64,000 bases of DNA from Octopus bimaculoides (lineage: Eukaryota). A program made the translations under genes and the position numbers. The DNA is taken from NCBI RefSeq assembly GCF_001194135.2, contig NC_068987.1, positions 81,718,005-81,782,004 on the forward strand, in the 5' to 3' direction. This document shows positions 11,440 to 24,495 of the stretch, one piece after another. The notes under the pieces are model-generated. The model saw nothing but the letters and a program-made list of their open reading frames with translations. It was not told the origin of the DNA and did no database searches. Within the stretch, counting starts at the first letter, position 1. The number at the start of each line of letters is the position of its first letter.

Positions 11440-12460
11440 TGCTGGGACAGTGGAAATAGGGTGTTCAGGCTTAGGCTACTTTTCAACCTGCCAGATTAGT
11501 AATACTATAGGAAAAGAACAACAACATCTCTATAGAGGAACCATAAACCAGCAGGATGGTGGGACTCAACCAATGAGGAACCTGGACAAAATGGGCTTAC
11601 ATTCTGTAACAGAACATCACTTTGTTAGATTTCTAACACACTGACACCCATTGCATCAGTTTCCTAATCCAGGTTCTTTATGATACCAAGTTTGTCAAAT
11701 GGAGCAGGAGTAAAGCACCCTCCTATCCTCTGTGCTCTGAAAGAGGGTCCCTTCAACATTTTCTCGATAGCTGCCCCATAGTAACATGATCAGATTTTGA
11801 ATGCATTTGCAGAGGATGTAATGACAGCCATTCAACTCAGTAAACACCACCCAGGGAAACAGTGCATCACTATTCACAAAGCTGGAGAGAATTGTTCATA
11901 GAGGCATTAATGAGTGCTTGTACTTCCCACAGCCCCAGACTGGCAGCTGAAGGTGGATCTCGACAAACAATTGAAGTTCCCAAAGCACATCACATCAGCA
12001 AAACTTTCCCCAGACATTTTCATCTTCCTAGATTTTACCAAACAAGTGATCATGTGGAAACTGTGCCTTGAGAAGAATACATCGTAGACTCATTAGAGAA
12101 AGATTACCAACTACCAGGAGTTGGTAGAAAAGGGCAGAAACGATAGCTGGCAGGTACACTGCAAATCATTTGAAGTAAGCTGCTGGAGTTTTGTGGAGTA
12201 TCCACTCTGCAGAGCTCTGACTGGACTTGGAGTTACTGGTACAGTAAAGTAAAGGACAATACATTCTGTCTCCAAAGTCACGGAGAAAACTTTGGATAAA
12301 GAGAGCAGACCAGTGGCTTGTTTATGACTTCTGAGATACAAGCTGGGACTTGATCAACCCCAGCTGGGTCAAATGGGCAAGGTAGGGATCTAGTGCTGAA
12401 AGACTTAAAACCTTCTATGACCCCAGAAACATCATTGAGGATGCATTCCATAGTATCCAA
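11440..12460 (+). mobile_element. RLE-type non-LTR retrotransposon (HERO-like), C-terminal zinc knuckle, endonuclease and 3' UTR, degenerate
   Basis: ISFLIQVLYD...PLCSERGSLQHFLDSCP...HDQILNAFAE...DWQLKVDLDKQLKFPKHITSAKLSPDIFIF...KQVIMWKL, then YQELVE..GWQV..FEV.C. This is followed by a TGATCAACCCCAGCTGGGTCA...GACCCCAG 3' UTR. Confidence 0.72.
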
Positions 12461-12581
12461 GGGATGTAATTTGGAATGACACACACATACACACATATAT
12501 AAATATATAAACACAGAGAGGAAGAGAGATGGAGAGGGATATGTATGTGTGTGTGTGTGCATATACTATGTATATGTATGC

Positions 12582-12612
<31 letters not shown>

Positions 12613-13019
12613 CATACATACATACATACATACATACGTACATACATATATGTATATACGTATGTGTCTGTATGAGTATGTATATATATATGTGTGTGTG
12701 TGTATGTGTATGTGCTTGCACTGTGAAAAAAAAGATTATAAGAAAGAAATGGATGTAATTTGATTTTTATTAGCAAACACCCCTCAATTAAACATTATGA
12801 AGAAGACAGTGATTGTCTGTAAACGAAACAAAGCAATAATATAAACAAAACCAGATAATAATGTACAAGCAAAAAAGTTAAAGAGATTTGCCTTATAATA
12901 TACTCAATGATTTATGGAAATAATATTACAATTTCTCTGGTCTAATGAACCTCTATACTACTACATCTCTAATAAAACTTTTAGAGTGTGTTACATTACT
13001 GCTATAAATATTGGATTTT

Positions 13020-15745
13020 ATTACACTTTCCTGTAAGGTCATTTAGGTGGTCAGTGGTCAGTACTGTTGTTAATTAGCTAGACTGGGCATTTGTTGGTGT
13101 TGTGAGTGTAACAAGAAGTCTAGCCAAGATTCAAACCCCATCTTCTGGCCAATTGACAAGAAATTTTGACACTTTCACCCAAATATTTTGATATTTACAT
13201 TTTTCCTTAGGTTAGCAACAGAAAAGTATTTTTGCTAGTTATCTCTTGATATCACCTCAACCCTTCTTGACCCCACCTCCGTTCCCCCAGCACCACCACC
13301 ACACTGTCCATAACTCAATGTACCGTAGGTTTAACAGCTGCTGCTTAACTTCCAACAGAAAAAATGTATCACCCACCTTTTCTATTCCTCTACCCCGTGA
13401 CTCTCAAACAGGGTCCACATGGCCCTTGGGAGGTAAATATGGTAATTTTCTATTCTTCTGTAACTTGTGTTTAGTAGCATGGCTTGAGTACCTATTACAA
13501 ATGAGAATCAAGAAACAAAATTCTTCCATTCTCTTGATTTCTTGTAATTTAGACTGCCTCGTGGTTCCAGCAGACAGAATGGAAAAGGTGTTGCCCTGGT
13601 GGGTGGCATGGGAGATGCCACTGGAACAGCCAATCTGATTCACAGGGCTTTCACTTGCAGATAGCCATCTCTGCCCAGCATGCTAACAGCTCTACCAGCT
13701 CACCATTTTGTATTGAAAAAATATTAAGATTTAATCCATGAACAGATTGAATAATTAGTACACATCTATTGAACTTCTTCAATACTATATGGAAGATTGC
13801 AACTTATATAAAATGCCCAGTTGAGTTATTCCCAAATTCCATAGTTATCATAGTTTCAATATCAGAGCAATAGTAATGCCAAAAAATCCCAGATATTGCA
13901 TCTGCAGTGGCATTTTGTGAACCAGGTTGATGGTGAATGTCAAAAGAATACCTACATATTTCTATTTGAATTCTGAATTTCATCATTCTTTTAGAGTGTG
14001 TAATAGGGCCAAAATTGCACAACTGGCCAGTGTCCCTGTTCAGAGATGAGTGTTGTAAACTCATTCACTTATATGCCATGAAAACCAGGATATACTCTGG
14101 CTCTCGTGAGTTCTTGGATTCAACAGATTTAATAGTGCCAAAAAAAAAAGGAAGCAAAGCTCTGTACATAGTTGTAATTGAAAAATATCTTTCTGAGTGA
14201 CAGAAACATCTTTTGACTACCTCCATTATTGACAGAGCTCCCTTCTCCACTGCAGAATTATGAGTCTTTGAGTTTGATAATATGCCAGAGAAAAATGTAC
14301 TGGTGGGTCACCTTGACTGAGGGTTGCACTAATAGCAGATCTTATTTGAAATATGTTATCTTTGTTGATGTGTGCTGAAACATGTAATGTCAATTCATTC
14401 AAAGACTTTTATTTCATCTAATTTAAGGGGAAATAAGTTGCATACTGTTAAAGAAATAATTATTTTTAAAAAGAATCTGTTATCTCATGTGCATAGTAAT
14501 TGAAGATATCCACCACTATGTATTTCAGAGATTTCCTATCTGATGAAGGAGAAACATCCAAAAGGGATTCTACACAAGTTTGATTAGGTCAAAGCTATTT
14601 GTAAGAAATTTCAAAACCAAGCATAGATAACTTTCATAATGATTAAACTTTTGTTTTCATGATTAAAAGCAAGGTCTTCATTTCTCTAGCAACTTCCTTG
14701 AGTGTATTGTCACAAAAGTCACGTTCCCCAGCAACAGTGATGTTATCATATCCATGTAAAGAAAATATTGACCATTCTATAGTCATCAATGATTTCTCCA
14801 ATCACCTACTGAAAATAAGATACATCATTTGTTATACCGAAAGAAAGCCTACAAAACTGTCAAAGGCTACCCACCCCTTTGAATGGTATATTTGAACGCT
14901 CATAATCTAGCTGTGGTATTTGACAGTTTGCTGTCTGGAGATTGATTACAGAGAAGTTTTTAAACTTTGACAACTTATTGGCCATTTCATATAACACAGG
15001 ACAGAGGCTATGTGATGAGAGAGAACAATATATTGATTTATAGTTCAACTGTAGTCTATAACTAATCTTCCTTTTGACCTTCCTTGGCTATATGTACTTG
15101 TGCATGCCATACCAAACAACTTGACTCAATAATTCTGTCATGTTGCAATCAATTAATTTCTTTTTTTAGTAAACTGTTGCTCTTGGATACCAAATCTTTG
15201 GGACCAAGTAGAAATAGGTTTTACTGTGCAACTCAGAAATTCAAATATTGGAACTGATTATATCAATGCCAGTTTTCAAAGGCAACACCAACAACCGATC
15301 ATGAAATTTCCATTTGACCCATTAAATCTATAAAACATTTTGAACATCTTAGAATGAAGTCTCCACCAATAATAATTGATTCCAAGCAGTGGAGAAGGAT
15401 CTACAATTTGATATTAGAAGAGCTTTTGAATTATAGTATTTGAGCACCTTTTACATAATTATACACTTTTTATCTGAAATAGATGCAAATTTTTGTTTAT
15501 GATTTTCTCATCACTGTAAGACTCTATATTGTAAATCTGTGATGTCTTTGCATTGACAGTCTTTAACTTGATGTTTTGATATCTCTTGAAAATACTTCAA
15601 TGTTTCTCCCCTGAGTCTTTGGTATTTTTGAGCAGAAAGATCATTGCATGGTTGTCCAAAAACATCATTCAGGGTGACAAGAACTTGTTGATAAGTTCTA
15701 CAACTTTGAATATGAGGGTAATGATCATCAAACAAATATTTGTTG
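13020..15745 (-). mobile_element. Ty3/Gypsy LTR retrotransposon internal region (gag, RT, RNase H, integrase remnants), heavily decayed
   Basis: gag-like CRTYQQVLVTLNDVF...RGETLKYFQEISKHQVKDCQCKDIT (15511-15735); RT-like EMANKLSKFKNFSVINLQTANCQIP...QFCRLSFGITN (about 14780-14990); RNase H-like EKGALSIMEVVK and MKFRIQIEICRYSFDIHHQPGSQNATADAIS (about 13900-14250). Domain order is Gypsy. No LTRs recognised. Confidence 0.7.
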
Positions 15746-16090
15746 GCACCCGTGCCAGTGGCATATAAATAGCACCCTTTGAATGTTGGGCTTCATGGTG
15801 GTGATGACTAGTGACCGAGACTTTTGGTGATATGCTATGCTTGAGATGACTTGTCAAGCCAAGTGAAATCATAGCTGTGGCTGATGTTAGTATCACATAA
15901 CTGGCACCCATGCCAGTGGCATATAAAATGCACCCATTGCACTCTAGGAATGGTCAGCATTAGGAAGGGCATCCAGCTGTAGAAACCATACCAAATCAGA
16001 TTGGAACCTGGTGCAGCTGTCCAGCTTACCAGTTTCAAGCAAACTGTCTAACCCATGCCATCATGGAAAGCAGAATACTAAATGATGATG
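15745..16090 (+). mobile_element. RTE LINE 3' tail
   Basis: CAAGCCAAGTGAAATC...GGAAGGGCATCCAGCTGTAGAAACC...CATGCCATCATGGAAAG...GATGATGAT. Confidence 0.7.
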
Positions 16091-16244
16091 ATGGTGGTGG
16101 TGGTGGTGGGACCGACGGTGGTGGTGGTGGTGGTGGGACTGACGGTGGTGGCAGCGGCGTCTAACTGATGAGTGTTGTAGAGTCTTATGTAAGAAGTTCA
16201 GCATCTCAGCCTTCTAAGCTAGAAATTTTCTGAACCTGACATAC

Positions 16245-16410
16245 CAATATCAGTTGTAAAACAGAGAGTTATGGATATAATGGCTCTGTGGCCAAGATGA
16301 AATACTGGCTCACTCCACTTCAGGAAATTACGAATTATTATGCACCAGCATTTTACTTCGGATATGCATTCATAAAAGTTTATGTTTTTGTAAACAGTCA
16401 TAAAACAAAT
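16245..16410 (-). CDS. Candidate internal exon of an unidentified gene (166 bp, phase 0 to 1)
   Basis: ttattcacgtctcAG|ATT...GAT ATT G|GTatgt. Open frame ICFMTVYKNINFYECISEVKCWCIIIRNFLKWSEPVFHLGHRAIISITLCFTTDI. No homology recognised; the plus strand also has an open frame here. Confidence 0.2.
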
Positions 16411-16619
16411 CTGAGACGTGAATAAATCTTATTTGAATTTTATTTTAAAACTATCATCAGCTAACATTCATAACACAGTGATTGTCTGAAAATGAAACTG
16501 AATAATATCAACAAAACAGGATAATATATAAAAACAATAAGCTAAAGATAGTAATCTTATAATATACTCAGTAAATAATAGAGATTATATTACATACACA
16601 CTTTTATAACTTAGATTCA

Positions 16620-16830
16620 TTTCAGCCATTAGTGGCCCAGGCCATGACTAACTCAATAGCACCACCTGGAAAAGTCTTTTAATTAATTATTTTGGGATAC
16701 CATGGACCACTGAAGCAGAGAATTGTTGTTGGCTGAGACATATCCAGGTGTAGGTGGTTTATCCGGTATTTCCTGGAGGAAATTGTCCAGGCACCGTTTG
16801 AAGGTTGTAGGGGTCTTTTTTAACTTTAAT
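16620..16830 (-). mobile_element. CR1 3' end fragment (same family as 8141-9150)
   Basis: GGCCCAGGCCATGACTAACTCAATAGCACCACCTGG...GAGACATATCCAGGTGTAGGTGG matches about 8185-8340. Confidence 0.75.
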
Positions 16831-17170
16831 TTCTTATGCTCTTATGGTTCTGCCAAGCTACCTCACTCACCAGTTTTATGACTTTCAGTATAACAACACT
16901 GACATAGCTTCTAGTTACAAATGATGAGGATATTATCAGTTTATAATTTCCTGATGTTAGTATTAAAAATAACTTGATCATGTTTTCATTTTTAAATCCA
17001 TTTTATAGGTGCAGGCACGGGGACGTGGGGTTAAGAAACTTGTTTTGGAATCATGGATTTTTAAGTTCAATCTCACTGCTCAGCACTTTGGGCATGTGTC
17101 TTCTACTTTAGCCACCACCCCACCAACTGACCAATGTCTTGTGAGAGAAATGTAACTAGCCAGTTTCTCT

Positions 17171-17254
<84 letters not shown>

Positions 17255-17760
17255 TCACACACACACACACACAGGTCTTATAGATCCAAGATTGATAGAA
17301 TCAACAAAAAAAGTCCTCCATCCAGTGAGAGATAAATATCTATTTAATACACATCATGAAAGAGCTACTAATAGTTTCAATGCTTTTATGATAGTTTGAA
17401 TAGGCAGATTTATAAAACACGACATGCAATCTCCAAACAGTTTTTCAGGCTTTATTTATGTATTCAATTTATTTTCAAAACCAGGACACTGAACAGTGAA
17501 AAACTAAGAAAAAGTGAGAAGAAAAACATGATACCGATGCAAAAAAATGGAACAAGAAGAAAGGTATGAAAGTAAGAAAATCAAGGGAGGACAGGGATGA
17601 CAGCATCCTGGTTTTTAAAATATATCTGATACATAAACAGAACCTGAAAAATTGCTTGGCGATATTCATGACATATTTTAAAGATATGCCTATTTAAAGT
17701 ATCATAAAAGCATGAAACTATTTGTAGTTCTTTTGTAAAGTGTATTAAATTGATATATCT

Positions 17761-18169
17761 CTTTTACTCCTTTACTTGTTTCAGTCATTTGACTGTGGCC
17801 ATGCTGGAGCACCGCCTTTAGTCGAGCAAATCGACCCCGGGACTTATTCTTTGTAAGCCTAGTACTTATTCTATCGGTCTCTTTTTGCCGAACCGCTAAG
17901 TTACGGGGACATAAACACACCAGCATTGGTTGTCAAGTGATACTAGGGGGACAAACACAAACACACAAACATATACAAACACATACATATATATATATAT
18001 ATATACATATATATGACGGGCTTCTTTCAGTTTCCGTCTACCAAATCCACTCACAAGGCTTTGGTCGGCCCGAGGCTATAGGAGAAGACCCTTGCCCAAG
18101 GTGCCACGCAGTGGGACTGAACCCGGAACCATGTGGTTGGTAAGCATGCTACTTACCACACAGCCACTC
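17761..18169 (-). mobile_element. tRNA-derived SINE family A, near full length
   Basis: On the minus strand: GAGTGGCTGTGTGGTAAG (A-box-like), GGTTCCGGGTTCAGTCCC (B-box-like), CCTTGGGCAAG core, internal TA/TG microsatellite and GAAACAAGTAAAGGAGTAAAAG tail. Confidence 0.85.
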
Positions 18170-18389
18170 ACACACACCTAATTATATATTGGTATATCTT
18201 TTCTCCTGCCTCAGATGAGATTCTGCTTTATAGAATGGTTTAATTATTACAATTATAATCTCCAAAGTATGAATTGAAACAGCCGTTAGAGATCGTGTTT
18301 ATTTTTGCACTTAATAGATATACTTATTAAATGATGTATCTCCATTTTCTTATTTTTCTTCAATATATATAAATACATATATATATATA

Positions 18390-18650
18390 TATATATATAT
18401 ATGGTCAATGCCAGCACCCCTACCCCAACTGGCACCTGTGCTGGTAGCACATAAAAAGCGCCATCCGAACGTGGCCAATGCCAGTGCTGCTCTCGGAGTG
18501 GTTGGCATTAGGTAGAGCATCCAGCTGTAGAAACATTGCCAGATCAGATTGGGGCCTGGTGAGGCCTCCCGGCTTGCCAGTCCCCAGTCAAACCATCCAA
18601 CCCATGCCAGCATGGAAAATGAATGCTAAACGATGATGATGATGATGATA
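18390..18650 (+). mobile_element. RTE LINE 3' tail
   Basis: GTAGCACATAAAAAGCGCC...CATCCAGCTGTAGAAAC...CCATGCCAGCATGGAAAATG...GATGATGAT. Confidence 0.75.
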
Positions 18651-18669
18651 TATGAATGTATGTATAAGT

Positions 18670-19010
18670 ACGATGGACTACCACACAAAAGTCCCACCTA
18701 TCACATTTAAAGTGAGGACCAGGTACTGCAATAACTTGGGATTCAAAGGCCTACAACTATTTAACATCAGGCTGAAAAATCTGAGAAATCTATCCAGAGT
18801 GGGAGATGTTTTCAAGAAAGAACTTAGCTTCTTGCTGTCCAGGGTCCTAGATGAACCAACATCATGGAGAGAAACTATATAAAAAGAAAAAGTCAACTGC
18901 ATCAAACTCCTTCCTTCACCAATCAAAAAAGAATGGCCATTGAAATGATGAGAACACCAGTGGTGTCCCAGCATGACCACAGCCTTTGGACTGAAATGAA
19001 TAAAATTATT
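18670..19010 (+). mobile_element. CR1-clade LINE 3' end, second subfamily
   Basis: VRTRYCNNLGFKGLQLFNI..KNLRNL..GDVFKKELSFLLSRVLDEPTS has the same C-terminal pattern (G.QLFN...FK..LD.FL...PD.P) as 8141-9150. Confidence 0.65.
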
Positions 19011-19400
19011 ACAGAACACACACACACACACACACACACACANNNNNNNNNNNNNNNNNNNNNNNNNNNNNNNNNNNNNNNNNNNNNNNNNNNNNNNNNN
19101 NNNNNNNNNNNNNNNNNNNNNNNNNNNNNNNNNNNNNNNNNNNNNNNNNNNNNNNNNNNNNNNNNNNNNNNNNNNNNNNNNNNNNNNNNNNNNNNNNNNN
19201 NNNNNNNNNNNNNNNNNNNNNNNNNNNNNNNNNNNNNNNNNNNNNNNNNNNNNNNNNNNNNNNNNNNNNNNNNNNNNNNNNNNNNNNNNNNNNNNNNNNN
19301 NNNNNNNNNNNNNNNNNNNNNNNNNNNNNNNNNNNNNNNNNNNNNNATATAAAGCACAGTTTATTAGCAGAGTTGTTAAAAAACCTGGATACTACTGTAT

Positions 19401-19459
<59 letters not shown>

Positions 19460-19831
19460 GTGTGTGTGTGTTTGTGTGTGTGTTTGTCCCTTCCACTGTT
19501 TGACAGTCCATACTGGTTTTGCTTACATCCCTGTAACTTAACAACTCAACCAAATGAGATCAATAGAACACATACCAGACTTTAAAAAAAAACACACAAA
19601 AAAACAAATAAAAAAAACTGTGTTAGTATTGCTTGATTAAACCCTTCAAGGTGGTGCCCCAGCATGGCCACAGTCCAATAACTGAAACAAGTAAATCATG
19701 AAAGATAAGATACATAGAGAATATTAACAGATAGAGAATTGAAGTTCTATTTTTCTTTTTATTTATGGTAATTGAAATAGTTTCAGCCAAGACGAGACAG
19801 AGTTGTAAGTTTAAAGCAACAAAGAACTTAC

Positions 19832-19898
19832 TGTCTGCCCCTCCACGGTGCTTAGTATACAAGTTGTCATGCTTATAAACCCTAAGTAGTTTTGACAT
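19832..19898 (-). CDS. Candidate internal exon (67 bp)
   Basis: ttttccctacaAG|ATG...GAC A|GTaagt. Two frames are open (CQNYLGFISMTTCILSTVEGQT or MSKLLRVYKHDNLYTKHRGGAD). Confidence 0.25.
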
Positions 19899-21239
19899 CT
19901 TGTAGGGAAAAGCTAAATACATTCCATCTTATATTAAGGATAAGTTACATAAATAAAGTCTATAGCAATGAGGAATTGAACTTAATTATAGTTTCGAGCC
20001 AATATAACAAAGAGATCATGTTTAAGTATGAGATATAAATAAATTAAATAGGTTTTGAATGGAACTTGAATAACAGAGCAGAGGAAAAGCTATCTCTATT
20101 TCAAAGAGGTATAACAGTGAAACGATACTCTCTGATGCTCTCCATCATCTTAAATAAAGTTATGCTTGCTTGATTGTATTAAAACTTTTCTATGAAGAAT
20201 TGCTGACTTAAATTACAAGAAAATTCCTTGCTTATATAATGTCCATAGCTTTTATTATTTACAACTTTTCAAACCTTTATTTGCTTATGAATTTAGCTGT
20301 CTGCTTTCAGCTTTAAACTTTTCTTTCAAGATGATGTTAAATAAACATCATACTGAATATAAAATCTCATAGGTTTTANNNNNNNNNNNNNNNNNNNNNN
20401 NNNNNNNNNNNNNNNNNNNNNNNNNNNNNNNNNNNNNNNNNNNNNNNNNNNNNNNNNNNNNNNNNNNNNNNNNNNNNNNNNNNNNNNNNNNNNNNNNNNN
20501 NNNNNNNNNNNNNNNNNNNNNNNNNNNNNNNNNNNNNNNNNNNNNNNNNNNNNNNNNNNNNNNNNNNNNNNNNNNNNNNNNNNNNNNNNNNNNNNNNNNN
20601 NNNNNNNNNNNNNNNNNNNNNNNNNNNNNNNNNNNNNNNNNNNNNNNNNNNNNNNNNNNNNNNNNNNNNNNNNNNNNNNNNNNNNNNNNNNNNNNNNNNN
20701 NNNNNNNNNNNNNNNNNNNNNNNNNNNNNNNNNNNNNNNNNNNNNNNNNNNNNNNNNNNNNNNNNNNNNNNNNNNNNNNNNNNNNNNNNNNNNNNNNNNN
20801 NNNNNNNNNNNNNNNNNNNNNNNNNNNNNNNNNNNNNNNNNNNNNNNNNNNNNNNNNNNNNNNNNNNNNNNNNNNNNNNNNNNNNNNNNNNNNNNNNNNN
20901 NNNNNNNNNNNNNNNNNNNNNNNNNNNNNNNNNNNNNNNNNNNNNNNNNNNNNNNNNNNNNNNNNNNNNNNNNNNNNNNNNNNNNNNNNNNNNNNNNNNN
21001 NNNNNNNNNNNNNNNNNNNNNNNNNNNNNNNNNNNNNNNNNNNNNNNNNNNNNNNNNNNNNNNNNNNNNNNNNNNNNNNNTCTTCTGAGTGGCCAAGAGG
21101 TTTGCTTCTCCACTATGTTATTTTAGGTTCAGTCCCATTGCATGGCACCATAGGCAAGTCTCTTCTGCTTTAGCCTCAGGTCACTTAATGCCTGAGAAGT
21201 AAATTTGGTGGACAGAAGCTGTGTGAAAGCCCATCATGC

Positions 21240-21288
<49 letters not shown>

Positions 21289-21292
21289 CCTA

Positions 21293-21335
<43 letters not shown>

Positions 21336-21388
21336 GTCTGTCTGTCTGTCTATCTGTCTATCTGTGTGTCTGTGTGTCTGTCTGCCTG

Positions 21389-21463
<75 letters not shown>

Positions 21464-21522
21464 GTCTGTCTGTCTGTCTGCCTGTCTATCTGTCTGTCTA
21501 ACTATCTATCTATCTATCTATA

Positions 21523-21556
<34 letters not shown>

Positions 21557-21600
21557 ACTATCTGCCTGTCTGTCTGTCTATCTATCTACCTATCTATCGA
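21240..21600. repeat. (TATC)n/(TGTC)n compound microsatellite
   Basis: Directly visible. Confidence 0.95.
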
Positions 21601-21605
21601 CCTTT

Positions 21606-21639
<34 letters not shown>

Positions 21640-22165
21640 GTATATATATGCATGTATGTATATATATGTGTGTATATGTGTCTGTCTTTGTGTTTATTCC
21701 CTTTCTTTCTTTCTCTCCCAAACGTGCATGCACACACACACACACACATACACTGCTTCACTACCAGTGTTCGTTTGTGTATGTCCCCAAAACTTAGTAG
21801 TTCAACAAAAAGAACTGATAGAATATGTACCAAACTTAAAATCTAAGCACTATTGAAGATTTGTTGGACTAAACTCACCAAAGCTGAGCTCCAGCATGGC
21901 CACAGTTCCATGACTGAAACAAGTAACAGCAAAACAGTAATACTAAACACAAGTCTTACAAACCAACTGCGGTCATCCTTCAGTCGTCTCACCATGCTTA
22001 CCAGTCTCACTTGCAGCACTGCTATCATTCACCATGTGGACCATAGGAACTTATGCTTTTGAGGTTGTAAACTTTAAATTGCTTAAGAGCAAGGCTAGAA
22101 ATATTTCTTAAATAGAATTAAAAAGTTATGGTTTTGTTGTTATTTAGTTCTTTACTCTTTATTCT

Positions 22166-22377
22166 TCTTTACTCTTTTACTTGTTTCAATCATTTGACTG
22201 TGGCCATGCTGGAGCACCGCCATTAGTCGAGCAAATCAACCTCAGGACTCATTCTTTGTAAGCCTAGTACTTGTTCTATCGGTCTCTTTTGCTGAACCGC
22301 TAAGTTACAGGGACATAAGCACACCAGCATTGGTTGTCAAGCGATGTTGGGGGACAAACACAGACACACAAGCATAT

Positions 22378-22418
<41 letters not shown>
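22166..22418 (-). mobile_element. SINE family A 3' half (head lost in gap)
   Basis: Matches about 17761-18010. Confidence 0.85.
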
Positions 22419-22673
22419 NNNNNNNNNNNNNNNNNNNNNNNNNNNNNNNNNNNNNNNNNNNNNNNNNNNNNNNNNNNNNNNNNNNNNNNNNNNNNNNNNN
22501 NNNNNNNNNNNNNNNNNNNNNNNNNNNNNNNNNNNNNNNNNNNNNNNNNNNNNNNNNNNNNNNNNNNNNNNNNNNNNNNNNNNNNNNNNNNNNNNNNNNN
22601 NNNNNNNNNNNNNNNNNNNNNNNNNNNNNNNNNNNNNNNNNNNNNNNNNNNNNNNNNNNNNNNNNNNNNNNNA

Positions 22674-22852
22674 TACTCACTGGTAAAGTTTCCACTCATT
22701 TACTTATTTATTTTTCCTAAAATTTTCGATGTGTGTTACAAGCTTTTCAATAGTCGTTGACTATTGAAAAGGTTACTGAAAAGGTTACAAGATGCAACGA
22801 AAATTTTAGGAAAATAAATAAGTAAATGAGTGGAAACTTTACCAGTGAGTGT
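22674..22852. mobile_element. Fold-back (palindromic) MITE-like element
   Basis: ACTCACTGGTAAAGTTTCCACTCATTTACTTATTTATTTTTCCTAAAATTTTCG is mirrored by CGAAAATTTTAGGAAAATAAATAAGTAAATGAGTGGAAACTTTACCAGTGAGT. There is also an inner palindrome TTTTCAATAGTC-GTT-GACTATTGAAAA. Confidence 0.75.
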
Positions 22853-23719
22853 GTTAAATAACAAGGCACTAAAAAGCGAATGACTCTCTCCAGACACAAC
22901 AAAATATGCTTCAACACACGAACTCACATAAAGAATCTTGCAAACCAAATCCAAAAACGAAGATTGCTTGGATAGATATGACTCTTTAAACCAAATGACA
23001 GGAGCATGCAACAAGATCATTTACTCCAGAATAAACAACTAATAGTGTTTGTATGAGGGAGCTTCAGGGCAGTTGGTGATGTGTTAGAAATAGCAGCTAA
23101 CTCACACTTTCTCTGAAATCATTCCTGATTGCCTTAATTAAAAGAAGGATGTATTGGGTAATTTAGTTTTAGACTTACTGAATTTGACCCCCACCACCAC
23201 CACCACCACCAGCAAATGGACAAGAGGATTATGGCTGGAATGCCTTTGGACTTTGGTCTATTCTGGGATAATCTAGAGCTAACCAATGATAACAGCTAAT
23301 GGTAAAGAAAGCAGAAACAAATAATATGAAACGGCACAGCAAGCTTTATCTGTTCTCATAATGAATTCTTCGAAATTAATAATAGTGTCTGAGATTATGA
23401 AGTGCTTCTAGCAGAAAAGAATTAATGAAAATCAATATAATTTTAACATCCATTTTTCCATGTTTACATGGGTCAGATGGGCCTCTGATGCCCTTCTTGT
23501 CACCAACCCACATCTGTTTCCAAGTAAGGGAATGTTTCCACTTGGCTAGACATGTTTTCATGGAAGGTTGGAAATGGGTGACATGGCTTGTATGACAGTG
23601 ACACTTGTTTATCACCATCCCATAATGTCAAGACAAGGAGACACAAGCATACACACAAAAACACACATGTGCGCATGCACACACATACACACACATGCAA
23701 CAGGCGTCTTTCAGTTTCT

Positions 23720-23953
23720 TATTTCTTTATTGCCCACAAGGGGCTAAACATAGAGGGGACAAACAAGGACAGACAAAGGGATTAAGTCAATTACTTCGAC
23801 CCTAGTGCGTAACTGGTACTTAATTTATCGACCACAAAAGGATGAAAAGTAAAGTCGACCTCAGCAGAATTTGAACTCAGAACATAAACACAGATGAAAT
23901 ACTGCTAAGCATTTCGCCTGCCGTGCTAAGGTTCCTGCCAGCTCACCGCCTTT
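23720..23953 (-). mobile_element. tRNA-derived SINE family B nested in a family A SINE, 19-bp TSD
   Basis: CAGGCGTCTTTCAGTTTCT is duplicated at 23701-23719 and 23954-23972. Minus-strand head GGCGGTGAGCTGGCAG...CTGAGTTCAAATTCTGCTGAGGTCGAC. Confidence 0.88.
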
Positions 23954-24463
23954 CAGGCGTCTTTCAGTTTCTATCTCCGAAATCCACTCACAAGGCTTAT
24001 TGAATATATGCATGGAGTGAATTGGTAATCATTAGATCATCAGCTGAAGTGTCTTGTGACAGTAATTCCATATTCATGGGTCCTAAGTTCAAATAACTCT
24101 CAGGTCAACTTTGTGTTCCATCTTTCAGGGGTTGATTAATACAGCACCAATCAAGGGTGGTACACTGGCAGAATCACTAGACCTTTGGAACAGAACACTT
24201 GCAGTAGTTATTCTTGACTTTTGGCATTCTGATCTCAAATCCTACCCGCAAACCATCCATGGCCTGCTTGGTTAGAGACTTAACCCATCACTCACTTTAG
24301 CCCCTTTAACTTGTCCTTGGATACTTTTTGGAGAGTCCACTGTGTTGCTGGGTTTGGTCTCCAGTTGGATGAAGATATCCAGAATGATGGACTGAAGGAC
24401 TCCTTCCAACCAGTCTTGGTGACCCAATGAAGTGTAATACAGACTGTCTTTCCCTCCTGACTA

Positions 24464-24464
<1 letters not shown>

Positions 24465-24495
<31 letters not shown>

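Noticed and set aside
24295-24460. Minus-strand frame beginning SGGKDS (PP-loop motif) and ending at a GTGAGT donor
   Set aside because: There is no preceding hydrophobic beta-strand or acceptor (it abuts the GAT tail of an RTE insertion), the downstream sequence does not fit the PP-loop families I know, and a second frame is equally open. It is most likely chance; BLASTx would settle it.
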